Part shown: piece after piece, positions 25,566-34,200 of the stretch
Numbering within the stretch: position 1 is the first letter of the stretch
Layout: the number at the start of each line of letters is the position of its first letter
IMG/VR virus record: IMGVR_UViG_3300038393_002515
DNA length: 64,000 nt
Source of the DNA: a virus
Strand: one strand, 5' to 3'
Translations under genes and position numbers: made by a program
Notes under the pieces: generated by a model
The model's database searches: none
Told to the model about the DNA's origin: nothing
The model's input: only the letters and a program-made list of their open reading frames with translations

Positions 25566-26290
25566 TGCTGGTCGAGGTCCCGGAGGTCCACCTGGTCACC
25601 CATCCCGACCGCATGATCATGGTCGAGAAGGGGCTGTCGCCGAAGCGCGCCCGTGCCGCCGCGCTGGAGGCCGTACGACAGGCCCGGCGCCGGATGCCGA
25701 AGCTCACCGGCGCCGCCGCGCGCGGGCTGCAGCCGCTGTACGGCAAGGGGTACTTCGGGCTCTCCTGGGCCACCGAGGTCGTCTGGTACCAGGACCACGG
25801 CACCAAGCCGTTCACCATGCGCTCGCTGGCCGGGCGGGTCATCCCGATGTGGATCGACGACCCGACCGGCCAGGAGCGGCGCGACAACCCCAAGGCCAAG
25901 ACGCGCACCACGGAGTCCGGGAAGGTGCAGGTGCTGATCTTCCGGCGCGCGGCCCGCATCGGGGAGCGGAAGAAGGTCTACCGCAAGGACCCGAAGACGG
26001 GTCTGAAGGTGCTGGTCTCCGACACCCCGGCCCACTACCCGGGCGCGCCGGGCCGCATCGGCTGGCGTGAGGCCAAGCAGCCCTGGACCAGGCCGGGAAA
26101 GCGGCCGGGCGCCATCCACCCGGGCAACATCGGCGTCTGGTGGCGCCACCCGGGCCTGAAGCCCCGGAGTTTTTTGAACACGTCCATGACCCTCGCGGCG
26201 CAGAAGAACGGCCTGGTGGCCGAGCGGGTCTACGTCGCCGACCGGTCCTGGAGAAACAGCGTCCGCCTGCACGGCGAGGAGTTCCGGTAG
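25565..26290 (+). CDS. HK97 gp10-like head-tail/tail-completion protein with a basic insertion
   Basis: RRMPKLTGAAARGLQPLYGKGYFGLSWATEVVWYQDHGTKPF resembles the gp10-family core (aP..TG.L..S...yGT). TAATG overlap with the upstream gene. Confidence 0.5.
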   Translation: MLVEVPEVHLVTHPDRMIMVEKGLSPKRARAAALEAVRQARRRMPKLTGAAARGLQPLYGKGYFGLSWATEVVWYQDHGTKPFTMRSLAGRVIPMWIDDPTGQERRDNPKAKTRTTESGKVQVLIFRRAARIGERKKVYRKDPKTGLKVLVSDTPAHYPGAPGRIGWREAKQPWTRPGKRPGAIHPGNIGVWWRHPGLKPRSFLNTSMTLAAQKNGLVAERVYVADRSWRNSVRLHGEEFR

Positions 26291-26293
26291 GGA

Positions 26294-26328
26294 GCTGTCC
26301 GGCCCGCCTCTCGCACCCCAAGGGGTGA
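26294..26328 (+). promoter_or_regulatory. Bipartite late-gene element copy 11 (GCTGTC-N22-GGGGTGA)
   Basis: GCCCGCCTC 26302-26310 / GAGGAGGGC 26331-26339 (one mismatch) sequesters the SD of ATG 26344. Confidence 0.6.
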
Positions 26329-26343
26329 CGGAGGAGGGCTGCC

Positions 26344-27099
26344 ATGACCTTGGTGTGGTCGCAGATCATTCGGCTGAGCCAGTGGGGCGACGACTGGGCG
26401 CCGAAGGACAGCGACGAGGACGTCCACCCGGGCGAGATCGAGAGTCACCGGGGCAGCTGGGAGCTGAACCAGCATCATGTCAACCGGCTGGCCGACTCCA
26501 TCCGGCAGCACGGCTACAGCCCGGAGCGGCACGGCGTGCTGGGGTGGAACTTCCACCAGGGCGGCGAGAACGTCTACAACCACGCCTCGGGCACCGAGAC
26601 CGACCCCAACGACCACCTGCACCACGAGCATCTGCTGCAGGCGCTCAAGGACGTCGGGCACGGCCCGGTACGGGTGCACATCCACGATCAAGACTCGGAC
26701 GAGCGCGGCAACTCGCCTCGGTACTACCACGGCACCACGGTCGAGGATCTCAAAGAGGTCAAGCCCAACCACAGCACGCGGGGCTCCTTCGGGAACAACG
26801 GAGCGATCCACGAGCCGGGCTACGCCTACGCCACCAGCCGCGAGAACGCTGAGAGCTACGCCGAGAGCAAGGCCGAAATCCATGGCGGTCGCCCTCTCGT
26901 CTACCGCGTCTCGCCGCTGGGTCCGGTCGAGAAGGACCCTTCGCACGACGCGCAGGGGCGCAGCAGGGCTAACTACGAATCGGACGTCCGGTCCAAGCAC
27001 GGCTTCCAGGTCCTGGACCACGTCTGGTCCGGCGAGCACCCGGACGGCGACGAGGCATGGCACGACGATGAGGATGATTACGACGGCGGGTGGCACTGA
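26344..27099 (+). CDS. Fusion protein: N-terminal ParB-like segment plus C-terminal Arr-type (rifampin-ADP-ribosyltransferase-like) domain
   Basis: The C-terminal half YYHGTTVEDL...GYAYATSRENAESYAE...GRPLVYRVSPLGPVEKDPSH aligns by eye with the Arr core (FYHGT...YFSA...A.WGAE...IYIVEPTGPFEDDPN). The N-terminal NQHHVNRLADSIRQHGYSPE is ParB-N-like. Confidence 0.65.
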   Translation: MTLVWSQIIRLSQWGDDWAPKDSDEDVHPGEIESHRGSWELNQHHVNRLADSIRQHGYSPERHGVLGWNFHQGGENVYNHASGTETDPNDHLHHEHLLQALKDVGHGPVRVHIHDQDSDERGNSPRYYHGTTVEDLKEVKPNHSTRGSFGNNGAIHEPGYAYATSRENAESYAESKAEIHGGRPLVYRVSPLGPVEKDPSHDAQGRSRANYESDVRSKHGFQVLDHVWSGEHPDGDEAWHDDEDDYDGGWH

Positions 27100-27734
27100 T
27101 GTACATCACCCGGGTCAAGGCCCTCGCCATCGAGGCGCTGCAGGCGGTCTTCGACAGCCAGTATCCCGTGACGGAGTTCCGGGGTCTGCACTGCTCGCTG
27201 GAGTACCCGGTCGAGAAGTCGTCGTTCCCCGAGGTCTGGGTGCGCTACAACGACACCGGCCCGCTGCGGCGGGCGGGCGTCTCACACGTCGAGGACACCG
27301 ATCCGGGTGACGGTGGCCGGGTGCCGCCGTACACGCGTTTCCGGTTCGAGGGCTCCTGGGAGTTCGTTGTCGTCGCGCTGTCGAGCGTGGAGCGGGACCG
27401 GGTCTACGACGAGCTGGTCGCGACGATCGCCTTCTCCGGCTTCGATCCGTTGCGCAGCCGGTTCCGGTCGTACCTGGAGAACAACGACCTGATCGACCTG
27501 ACAATCCGGACGGACGAGATCGAGTCGACCGGCGAGTCGGCTGAGCCGGGCACGCCGTGGGGGACGGACGAGGTCGTCTACGAGCGGACGTTGGCCATCG
27601 ACCTGATCGGGGACTTCACGCCGGACCCGATGCAGGCCGGAGTGATCGTGCCTCTGTCGAAGATCGTGGTCACGCCGACCGCCGACCCCACCCTCGACGA
27701 CCTCAGCGACAGCGGCTTCGACTCCTGGCACTGA
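27099..27734 (+). CDS. Tail-completion/terminator-type protein (positional)
   Basis: 211 aa. TGATG overlap with the upstream gene. Last + strand gene before the sheath gene. Confidence 0.55.
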   Translation: MYITRVKALAIEALQAVFDSQYPVTEFRGLHCSLEYPVEKSSFPEVWVRYNDTGPLRRAGVSHVEDTDPGDGGRVPPYTRFRFEGSWEFVVVALSSVERDRVYDELVATIAFSGFDPLRSRFRSYLENNDLIDLTIRTDEIESTGESAEPGTPWGTDEVVYERTLAIDLIGDFTPDPMQAGVIVPLSKIVVTPTADPTLDDLSDSGFDSWH

Positions 27735-27736
27735 GA

Positions 27737-27982
27737 TCAGGACCCTAGCGATCCGCCTTCGTTCTCCCAGACCTCCACCATCGTCCTCCAGGAGGCTTCC
27801 TTGCGCCTTCGCTTCGAGCGGTTCAGAGTGTGCCACCAGCCACATACGCACTGGTAGGGCTTGTGGACGTCGCCGTCCCTCTCGTGTAGCTCCTGGCACT
27901 TCAGGAGAGCCAAGTCCTTGCTGAACTTCCGCTTCTTCGTCGGGCATGGAACGTACCGCCTGCGCCCACCTCTCCTCGCCAT
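27737..27982 (-). CDS. Small basic Cys/His-containing protein on the opposite strand
   Basis: 81 aa, Arg/Lys-rich, with C..(x)..C..H and YQCVCGWWH motifs (possible zinc-binding nucleic-acid binder). It is the only reverse-strand ORF wedged between the tail-completion and sheath genes. Third-position G/C is moderately high. Confidence 0.45.
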   Translation of the reverse strand: MARRGGRRRYVPCPTKKRKFSKDLALLKCQELHERDGDVHKPYQCVCGWWHTLNRSKRRRKEASWRTMVEVWENEGGSLGS

Positions 27983-28005
27983 GCCAGGACTCTAGCGATC
28001 CGCTC

Positions 28006-28039
28006 CTGTCCACCGCCGCCCCGTCAGCCCAAGGGGTGA
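28006..28039 (+). promoter_or_regulatory. Bipartite late-gene element copy 12 (CTGTC-N22-GGGGTGA)
   Basis: GTCAGC 28023-28028 / GCTGAC 28042-28047 places CCAAGGGGTGACA in a loop. Sheath ATG is at 28068. Confidence 0.6.
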
Positions 28040-28067
28040 CAGCTGACCGACGCGACTGGTGGGTGGC

Positions 28068-29594
28068 ATGCCCGACATCTCTTCTGCGACGTACACGCCG
28101 CCCGGCGTGTACGTCAGCGACGAATCGACTCCCACGGTCACCCCGCGCGGTGTGTCGACCACGACCGTCACGGTGATCGGCCCGGCCCTGGGCTACCAGA
28201 CGACCAGCGAGGTCGTCACCGTCAACTCCGCCTCGGCGACCGCGCTGTCGCAGCGCGGCGTGTACACCACGGCCGTCGTGGGCCCGCCTGCCATCGCGGC
28301 GCCCGTGGTCACGACCCTGTCGGGCACGGCCATGGTCTACAACACCGACTACACCTTCGTGGTGACCGCCGGTTCCGGCGGTGCGGCGACGGCGGTCACC
28401 TCGATCAAGCGGCTGTCGGCCAGCCAGAGTGACCTGACCCAGCCGTCGCCGAACGGTCTGAAGGACGGCGACCAGGTCCGGGTGACGTACGCGTTCACCA
28501 ACGCGACGTACTACGAGCCGACCGAGTTCGAGGACTACGACCAGATCGTGGCCACGTACGGGCAGGCGATGGTGACGACCGCGCCGACGAGCCCGACCGC
28601 GTCGCAGGTCGCCTCGGCGCTGACGCTGGCGGCGAAGATCGCCCTGGAGAACGGCGCGGCCAGCGTCCTGTGCGTCGCCACCAACCCGTCGGCCGGGGAC
28701 TACAGGGCGCAGCTGCAGGCGGCGTACAGCAAGCTGGAGGCGGACTACCGGGCGCAGATCCTGGTGCCGCTGTTCGTGGACGGTGCGTACAACGCGCACA
28801 CGCCGACGAACGTGGCGAACCTGCTGGCCGACGTCAAGAATCACTGCGAGACGGCGGCGGCCGACGGCTACGGGCGCCTGGCGTTCACCGGCCTGGCCAC
28901 GAACTACGACAACACGGTCGGTCACGACCAGCTGGCGCTGGCGCAGGCCAGCAAGCGGCTGGTGCTGTGTTACCCGAACCGGCTGTTGGCCTTCAACTCG
29001 GCTGTGAACGCCTCTACGGAGGTCGACGGCTTCTACCTGGCCGCCGCGATGGCCGGGCGTCTGGCGCGGAACGCGGTCGCGCGTGGGCTGACGAACCAGT
29101 CGCTGACGTCGTTCACCGGTCTGCCCGCGACGATCGCGCAGGCCATGACCCGGACCTTCCGTAACAACCTGTCGAAGTCCGGTGTGAACGTCGCGGAGAT
29201 CAACCAGAACGGCCAGCTGGTCGCCCGGCACGGCGTCTCGACGAACATGTCGTCGATCCTGACGCAGGAGATCTCGCTGACCCGGATCGGCGACGTCCTG
29301 CTGCAGATGATCCAGGTCGGCATGTCCAACGCCGGGCTGATCGGTGAGCCGATCACGGCCGAGACAACGATCAACGTGAAGTCGGCGCTGATCGGCCTGC
29401 TGGAGCAGGCGGTCTCCGACTCGATCATCGTCTCCTACGCGAACGCGCAGGTGCGGCAGCAGTCGGCGGACCCCTCGGTGATCGAGGGGACCTTCAGCTA
29501 CAAGCCCCCGATCCCGATGAACTACGTCGTCGTGAAGTTCGCCGTCGACCTGACAACCGGCGACACGACCACGGAGACGGACCAGAACGCCTGA
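28068..29594 (+). CDS. Tail sheath protein
   Basis: N-terminus MPDISSATYTPPGVYVSDE carries the PGVYV motif typical of contractile-tail sheath proteins. 508 aa, followed by the tube and chaperone genes. Confidence 0.85.
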   Translation: MPDISSATYTPPGVYVSDESTPTVTPRGVSTTTVTVIGPALGYQTTSEVVTVNSASATALSQRGVYTTAVVGPPAIAAPVVTTLSGTAMVYNTDYTFVVTAGSGGAATAVTSIKRLSASQSDLTQPSPNGLKDGDQVRVTYAFTNATYYEPTEFEDYDQIVATYGQAMVTTAPTSPTASQVASALTLAAKIALENGAASVLCVATNPSAGDYRAQLQAAYSKLEADYRAQILVPLFVDGAYNAHTPTNVANLLADVKNHCETAAADGYGRLAFTGLATNYDNTVGHDQLALAQASKRLVLCYPNRLLAFNSAVNASTEVDGFYLAAAMAGRLARNAVARGLTNQSLTSFTGLPATIAQAMTRTFRNNLSKSGVNVAEINQNGQLVARHGVSTNMSSILTQEISLTRIGDVLLQMIQVGMSNAGLIGEPITAETTINVKSALIGLLEQAVSDSIIVSYANAQVRQQSADPSVIEGTFSYKPPIPMNYVVVKFAVDLTTGDTTTETDQNA

Positions 29595-29640
29595 GCCCGC
29601 GCGACAGGCGCTGTGACGGGCCGCCTGCCGCGCTCTTGGA

Positions 29641-29670
29641 GGACCCCCGGTGTGAGGGCGCCGGGGGTCC
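29641..29670 (+). terminator. Terminator-like hairpin after the sheath gene
   Basis: GGACCCCCGG (29641-29650) / CCGGGGGTCC (29661-29670): 10-bp perfect stem, followed by TCTGCTGT. Confidence 0.65.
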
Positions 29671-29673
29671 TCT

Positions 29674-29709
29674 GCTGTCCGTGGTCGCCCTCCCCGCCGT
29701 AGGGGGTGA
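29674..29709 (+). promoter_or_regulatory. Bipartite late-gene element copy 13 (GCTGTC-N23-GGGGTGA)
   Basis: Begins 4 nt after hairpin 29641-29670. CCGTAGG 29697-29703 / CCTACGG 29712-29718. Tube ATG is at 29734. Confidence 0.6.
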
Positions 29710-29733
29710 GACCTACGGATGGGGTGGTGAGCA

Positions 29734-30237
29734 ATGCCTGCAGGCAAGGTCCGCGTCACCGGCTCCGGCTACAGCACGTTCGTGTACGCCGGTAAGCCGA
29801 TCGCGTTCCTCAACTCGGTGGAGGACTCCGGCCAGCGGGCGTGGAGCGACAAGGGGCAGGCGTACAGCTTCATCCAGCCCCTCGGCTCGCGCACGCCGGT
29901 GGAGATCGCGACCTCCCGCGTTCTGGGCGGCGGCACGCTGCAGCTGACGATCCAGGAGCTGTGGAACCAGGCGATCTGGGAGCAGCTGGCCGGTCTGGCC
30001 GGAACGAACAACATCGTCGAGATCTTCGACCGCCTGGCGCGGACGCCGAACTACGTCACCGCGCAGACGATCATCAAGCCGCCGGGCACCGAGGCAACCC
30101 CCTCGAAGTGGCGCGGCAAGATCTATCACAACGTCACCGTGGTCGACATCGCCGACGGCGACACCTTGACGGTCGGCGGCCTGGACGTCGCCAAGCCCGT
30201 GGTCTGCGCCTACACCCACACATCCCGACTGCGCTGA
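29734..30237 (+). CDS. Tail tube protein
   Basis: 167-aa ORF directly after the sheath gene and before the frameshifted chaperone pair. Confidence 0.7.
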   Translation: MPAGKVRVTGSGYSTFVYAGKPIAFLNSVEDSGQRAWSDKGQAYSFIQPLGSRTPVEIATSRVLGGGTLQLTIQELWNQAIWEQLAGLAGTNNIVEIFDRLARTPNYVTAQTIIKPPGTEATPSKWRGKIYHNVTVVDIADGDTLTVGGLDVAKPVVCAYTHTSRLR

Positions 30238-30251
30238 CCAGGAGCGACGCG

Positions 30252-30767
30252 ATGACGGACACCTACGGCACCTTCGACCCCGCCGACCGGCCGGGCCGTA
30301 AGGCCGCCATGCCGGAGGCCAAGCCGAGCCTGAAGGCCGAGGACGGCACGGAGCTGCCCGGCTTCGACCCGCGCTACACCGAGGCGTTCGAGGGGCTCGC
30401 TTTCCTGGGCTCGCTGACCGAGAGCTTCTCCTGGCTCGGGCACGAGTTCGTGATCCGCACCCTCGGCGTGGACGAGCAGCTCGCCGTCGCCCAGGTCACC
30501 GCCCGGTACAAAGACGGCGGCGAGCAACTCGCCTACGTCGCGGCCGTGGTGGCCATGTCGATCGTGACGGTCGACGGCGAGGAGCTGCCTACGCCGATCG
30601 GTGAGGACCAGCAGCTGGCGGAATGGGCGCACCGGCGGTTCGCCTACGTCAAGGCCAACTGGTTCCAGCCGACGATCAACGAGGTGTTCCAGCGCTACCT
30701 GAAGCTGGAGGACACGGTCGCCCAGGTCGTCGAGGCCATGGGAAAAGCGTTCGCCCCGGCCGCATAG
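30252..30767 (+). CDS. Tail assembly chaperone (G-like, zero-frame product)
   Basis: 171 aa, located between the tube and tape-measure genes. Has a slippery heptamer 21 nt before its stop. Confidence 0.8.
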   Translation: MTDTYGTFDPADRPGRKAAMPEAKPSLKAEDGTELPGFDPRYTEAFEGLAFLGSLTESFSWLGHEFVIRTLGVDEQLAVAQVTARYKDGGEQLAYVAAVVAMSIVTVDGEELPTPIGEDQQLAEWAHRRFAYVKANWFQPTINEVFQRYLKLEDTVAQVVEAMGKAFAPAA

Positions 30768-31180
30768 ATCCGTGGCTGGAGCGCCGTCTGCGGATCGCTG
30801 AGCGGCGGGGGCTGCTGTCGGGGCGGCACCTGTCTCGGGTGCAGGAGTTCGGCCTGGAGCTGCTCATCCTCGCCGACGGCTGGAAGGCGGCCGAGCAGGA
30901 CGAGAAGGCGTTCGAGGACCAGCTGAAGTTCGCCCTGGTGGCTGCGGGCGTGGACGCGCCCGATCTGTGGCCGAGGGACGCCGCCGACGTCCCGGACGAC
31001 GAGGACGTCGACTACGACTACTCCGCCGTCGACTGGCAGCAGGGGTCGACGGACGACTGGGAGCGCATGCAGCAGGCTCTCTCGGCCTCGCGGGTGCAGG
31101 TGTCCGGGGACCGGCAGGAGCCGGAGGACGAGCCGCCGGTGCCGGACATGGACGACGGATTCGATCGGGAGTGGCAGTAG
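30252..31180 (+). CDS. Tail assembly chaperone, -1 frameshift fusion product (G-T-like)
   Basis: After G_GGA_AAA (30740-30746) the -1 frame reads GKSVRPGRIDPWLERRL... and stays open to 31180, ending 1 nt before the tape-measure ATG. Confidence 0.7.
30740..30746 (+). other. -1 programmed ribosomal frameshift slippery site G_GGA_AAA
   Basis: Fits the X_XXY_YYZ pattern in the zero frame (atG GGA AAA Gcg). The canonical position is conserved in tailed phages between the tube and tape-measure genes. Confidence 0.7.
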
Positions 31181-33313
31181 ATGGCGACCCCTCCGCCGCC
31201 CCCTCCGGGTGGCAGCACTCCGCCGGGCGGCCTGACGGGCGCCCTGCAGTCGTTGGCCATGCAGCTGCAGGCGCTGCTGCACCAGAACCAGACGTTGCAG
31301 AACCTGCCGTCCAGCACGGCCAACGCGCTGCGACAGGCGCGACAGAACATCCTGAACCCGCAGGCGCTGATGGGCGGCCAGGTGCCTGCTCCCGTCGCGC
31401 CGAACGCGCAGTGGCTGCAGCAGACGGCCGCGCAGTTCCTGAGCCAGGTGGTGCTCAACCAGCCTCAGCGTTCGACGGGATCGGGGCCGACGCCGCCTGG
31501 GCCGACGCCTCCGACCACACCGCCTCCGCCCGCGCCCTTGGGTATGCCGTACCCGTACCCCTTCCCGTACGTGAGCCCGTATGGGCACCCGCACATGCCG
31601 TACACCGGCCCCATGCCGGGCTACGGCGGCCCTCTCGTTGCGCCGTCGCACCCGGGCAGCAGCGGCGGCCACTCCTCGGGCATCGGCTCGTGGACGAAGT
31701 CGATGCTGCCCCGTGTCGGCGCGGCCATCGGCGGCCCCTGGGGCGCCGTCGCGGGTGCCGCTGTCGCTGCGGCCACGGACATCCCGGCAGAGATCCGCAG
31801 CCAGCGCGACAAGAACGCCTACTACCAGTCGATCGAGGGCGGCTCGAACTTCGACGGCTTCGGCGAGCGCCTCCACGAGGAGGCGTACCGGTGGACGACG
31901 TTCGGTGTGCTCTCCTCCGACGAGGCCCGCCAGGCATTCAAGGGCGTCACGAAGTTGGGCTACAACTCCAAGGTGGAGGGCGGCATCGGCCGCCAGGACG
32001 CGCTGAACTTCATCTATCACGGCAAGACCCGGCGCGGTGAGACCGTCGGCGAGTCCCTGCAGCAGCTGCAGGTGAACTCGAAGAACGCCCTGGGGTCGCT
32101 CAACGATCTCAACGATGCCCTGAACGCGGTCTCCGACAGCGCGGGCAAGGCCGGGGTCAACGCGCAGCAGGCGCGCGCCGAGTTCACCCAGCTGATGGAC
32201 CAGGCGATCAAGAGCGGCTACGGCTCGTCATCGACGGACGTGGCACGCCAGGAACAGGACCTGAAGAACAGCTACGGCCGGTCGTTCCAGGACATCGACG
32301 CCTCGGGCCGTCTGTCGCAGTCGCACGCCTACATGGCGGCTTCCCTCAGCGGGATCTCCGTCTCTCAGTACCTCACTGGAGGGGTGGAGACGAAGGCGCA
32401 CGCCGATCAGGTCCTGGACCGGGCCACGGTGAAGGCCGCACTGAAGCCGGGCGTCGAGGACTGGATCAAGGCGCACGTCAAGGCTGCCGGAGGGAAGCTC
32501 GACGAGCAGGCGGCGACCCAGCTCGGCCAGGAGATGCTCCAGCAGTTCTACCCCAACGACCCTTACGCTCTCTCGGCTGTCGTGGCGTCGCTGTCCGGGT
32601 ACTCGAACCTGGGAAGCGACCCGGTCAAGGCCGCTACGTGGCTCGTTCAGCAGTACAACGGCAAGGGTGCGCTGGCCACGGCCAAGGCGGACGAGAAGAA
32701 GACCAGCAAGTCGAACGCGGTCAAGACCGGGCTGACCAGCATCAGCTACCCGGACCAGGAGAAGCACGGCGGCTTCCTGGGCTTCGGCGCCAGCAACTCC
32801 AAGGCGTGGGACGCCTACTCGAAGTGGGTGCACGAGAAGGGCCACGGCAAGCTGCAGGACGACCCTGTCATCGACAGCCTGCTCAACAAGATCAAGGGCG
32901 ACGACAAGACGAAGGTCGCCGTCACCACGAAGTCCGGCAAGCGGGTGGTGTCGCTGGCCGACGCGATCAAGAACCACCGCAACGAGCTGGCGTCCGGCAA
33001 GGCCGTCATCGTCGAGGGAGACCAGGCGGGCAAGTCCGTCGCCGACATCCTCGGCAAGGGCGGTGTCGACCCGCTGCGCGACTTCTCCAAGGAGGCCAAG
33101 GCCACCGACAAGTCCGGCGAGTCGTACGCCAAGTGGGAGCAGGGCAGCAACGCCAAGGAGAGGAAGGCGCGGCAGAACCTGCAGCTCACTCTGACGCCGG
33201 AGGCGCGGCGCCTGCTGACCGTCCTGGACTCCACCGGTGTGGCCGGGTCCTCCGCGACCGCCACGCCGCCGCTGAGCCCGTACGCCTCGAACCCCAGCTA
33301 CGGCGGGGAGTAG
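31181..33313 (+). CDS. Tape measure protein
   Basis: 710 aa directly after the G/G-T pair. Pro/Gly-rich N-terminus, then long helical Ala/Gln/Lys-rich segments. Confidence 0.8.
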   Translation: MATPPPPPPGGSTPPGGLTGALQSLAMQLQALLHQNQTLQNLPSSTANALRQARQNILNPQALMGGQVPAPVAPNAQWLQQTAAQFLSQVVLNQPQRSTGSGPTPPGPTPPTTPPPPAPLGMPYPYPFPYVSPYGHPHMPYTGPMPGYGGPLVAPSHPGSSGGHSSGIGSWTKSMLPRVGAAIGGPWGAVAGAAVAAATDIPAEIRSQRDKNAYYQSIEGGSNFDGFGERLHEEAYRWTTFGVLSSDEARQAFKGVTKLGYNSKVEGGIGRQDALNFIYHGKTRRGETVGESLQQLQVNSKNALGSLNDLNDALNAVSDSAGKAGVNAQQARAEFTQLMDQAIKSGYGSSSTDVARQEQDLKNSYGRSFQDIDASGRLSQSHAYMAASLSGISVSQYLTGGVETKAHADQVLDRATVKAALKPGVEDWIKAHVKAAGGKLDEQAATQLGQEMLQQFYPNDPYALSAVVASLSGYSNLGSDPVKAATWLVQQYNGKGALATAKADEKKTSKSNAVKTGLTSISYPDQEKHGGFLGFGASNSKAWDAYSKWVHEKGHGKLQDDPVIDSLLNKIKGDDKTKVAVTTKSGKRVVSLADAIKNHRNELASGKAVIVEGDQAGKSVADILGKGGVDPLRDFSKEAKATDKSGESYAKWEQGSNAKERKARQNLQLTLTPEARRLLTVLDSTGVAGSSATATPPLSPYASNPSYGGE

Positions 33314-33316
33314 GCC

Positions 33317-33976
33317 ATGGCTCTCGCGTCCCTGGGCTTCGCGGGCGGCCCGCAGATCACGTTCCGGATCAACCCCACGTCGATCGACTGGGGGTTCGAC
33401 ATCCACACCTCGGTCACCCCGACCGTAGGCGGCAGGGTCGTGCAGATCACCGGCGCGACCCTGCGGGACGTGACGGTCGTCGGCTACCTCGGCGAAAACC
33501 GGAAGGCAGGAGCGGCCCCACGCGGCCAGGACCACCACGGGGCCAGCTGGCGCCTGCACGAGGCCTTCATCGCCAAGTGCCGAGCCATCATGGAGCACCA
33601 GTCCCGGGACTCCCGTACGCCCGGCAAGATGCACGCCCCGGCGGTCTTCAACTACCCGCCGCACGGCTGGCGCTGGCAGGTCTACCTCACCGAGGTCTCC
33701 GACATCGACGGCCAGGCCTCGATCGAGCACCGCACCGGGAAGTACTCCCACGGCTACCAGCTGAGGCTGTTCATCGTGCAGGTCGGCTCCGACTCGCTGG
33801 TCAAGGCGGGCACCTCGAAGAACGCGGTCGACGCCGCCCAGGAGAAGGCCATCGCCTCCTACATCGCCCGCATCAGTGAGGGCATCGGCTGGCGCCAGAC
33901 CGAGTACAACGGCGGCCTCATCGACGACGGCCAGACCAGCAAGGAAAGCGACAAAGGCCAGAAGGAGGACAAGTAG
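33317..33976 (+). CDS. Baseplate/tail assembly protein
   Basis: 219-aa ORF between the tape-measure and hub genes. Positional call. Confidence 0.6.
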   Translation: MALASLGFAGGPQITFRINPTSIDWGFDIHTSVTPTVGGRVVQITGATLRDVTVVGYLGENRKAGAAPRGQDHHGASWRLHEAFIAKCRAIMEHQSRDSRTPGKMHAPAVFNYPPHGWRWQVYLTEVSDIDGQASIEHRTGKYSHGYQLRLFIVQVGSDSLVKAGTSKNAVDAAQEKAIASYIARISEGIGWRQTEYNGGLIDDGQTSKESDKGQKEDK

Positions 33977-34197
33977 TGGCCAACCAGTGGGGCGCCGACG
34001 TGCCCGTCTCCATGCCGCAGCCGCTGCGCGCCGACCAGAAGGCCATCGTGCCCATGGGCGGCTTCGTGATGACCCTCGACGGCCTCTTCCCGGACATGTC
34101 CGCCGCCGACCACGAGCGGCTCGCCACGCCCTCCTACGCCCCCTACAACCCGCACCGGCCGGTCCAGGAGACGATCCCCGACCCCGAGGAGGAGTGA
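33976..34197 (+). CDS. Small hypothetical tail-module protein
   Basis: 73 aa. GTG overlaps the upstream TAG. SD GAAGGAGG 7 nt upstream. Confidence 0.55.
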   Translation: MANQWGADVPVSMPQPLRADQKAIVPMGGFVMTLDGLFPDMSAADHERLATPSYAPYNPHRPVQETIPDPEEE

Positions 34198-34200
34198 GCC

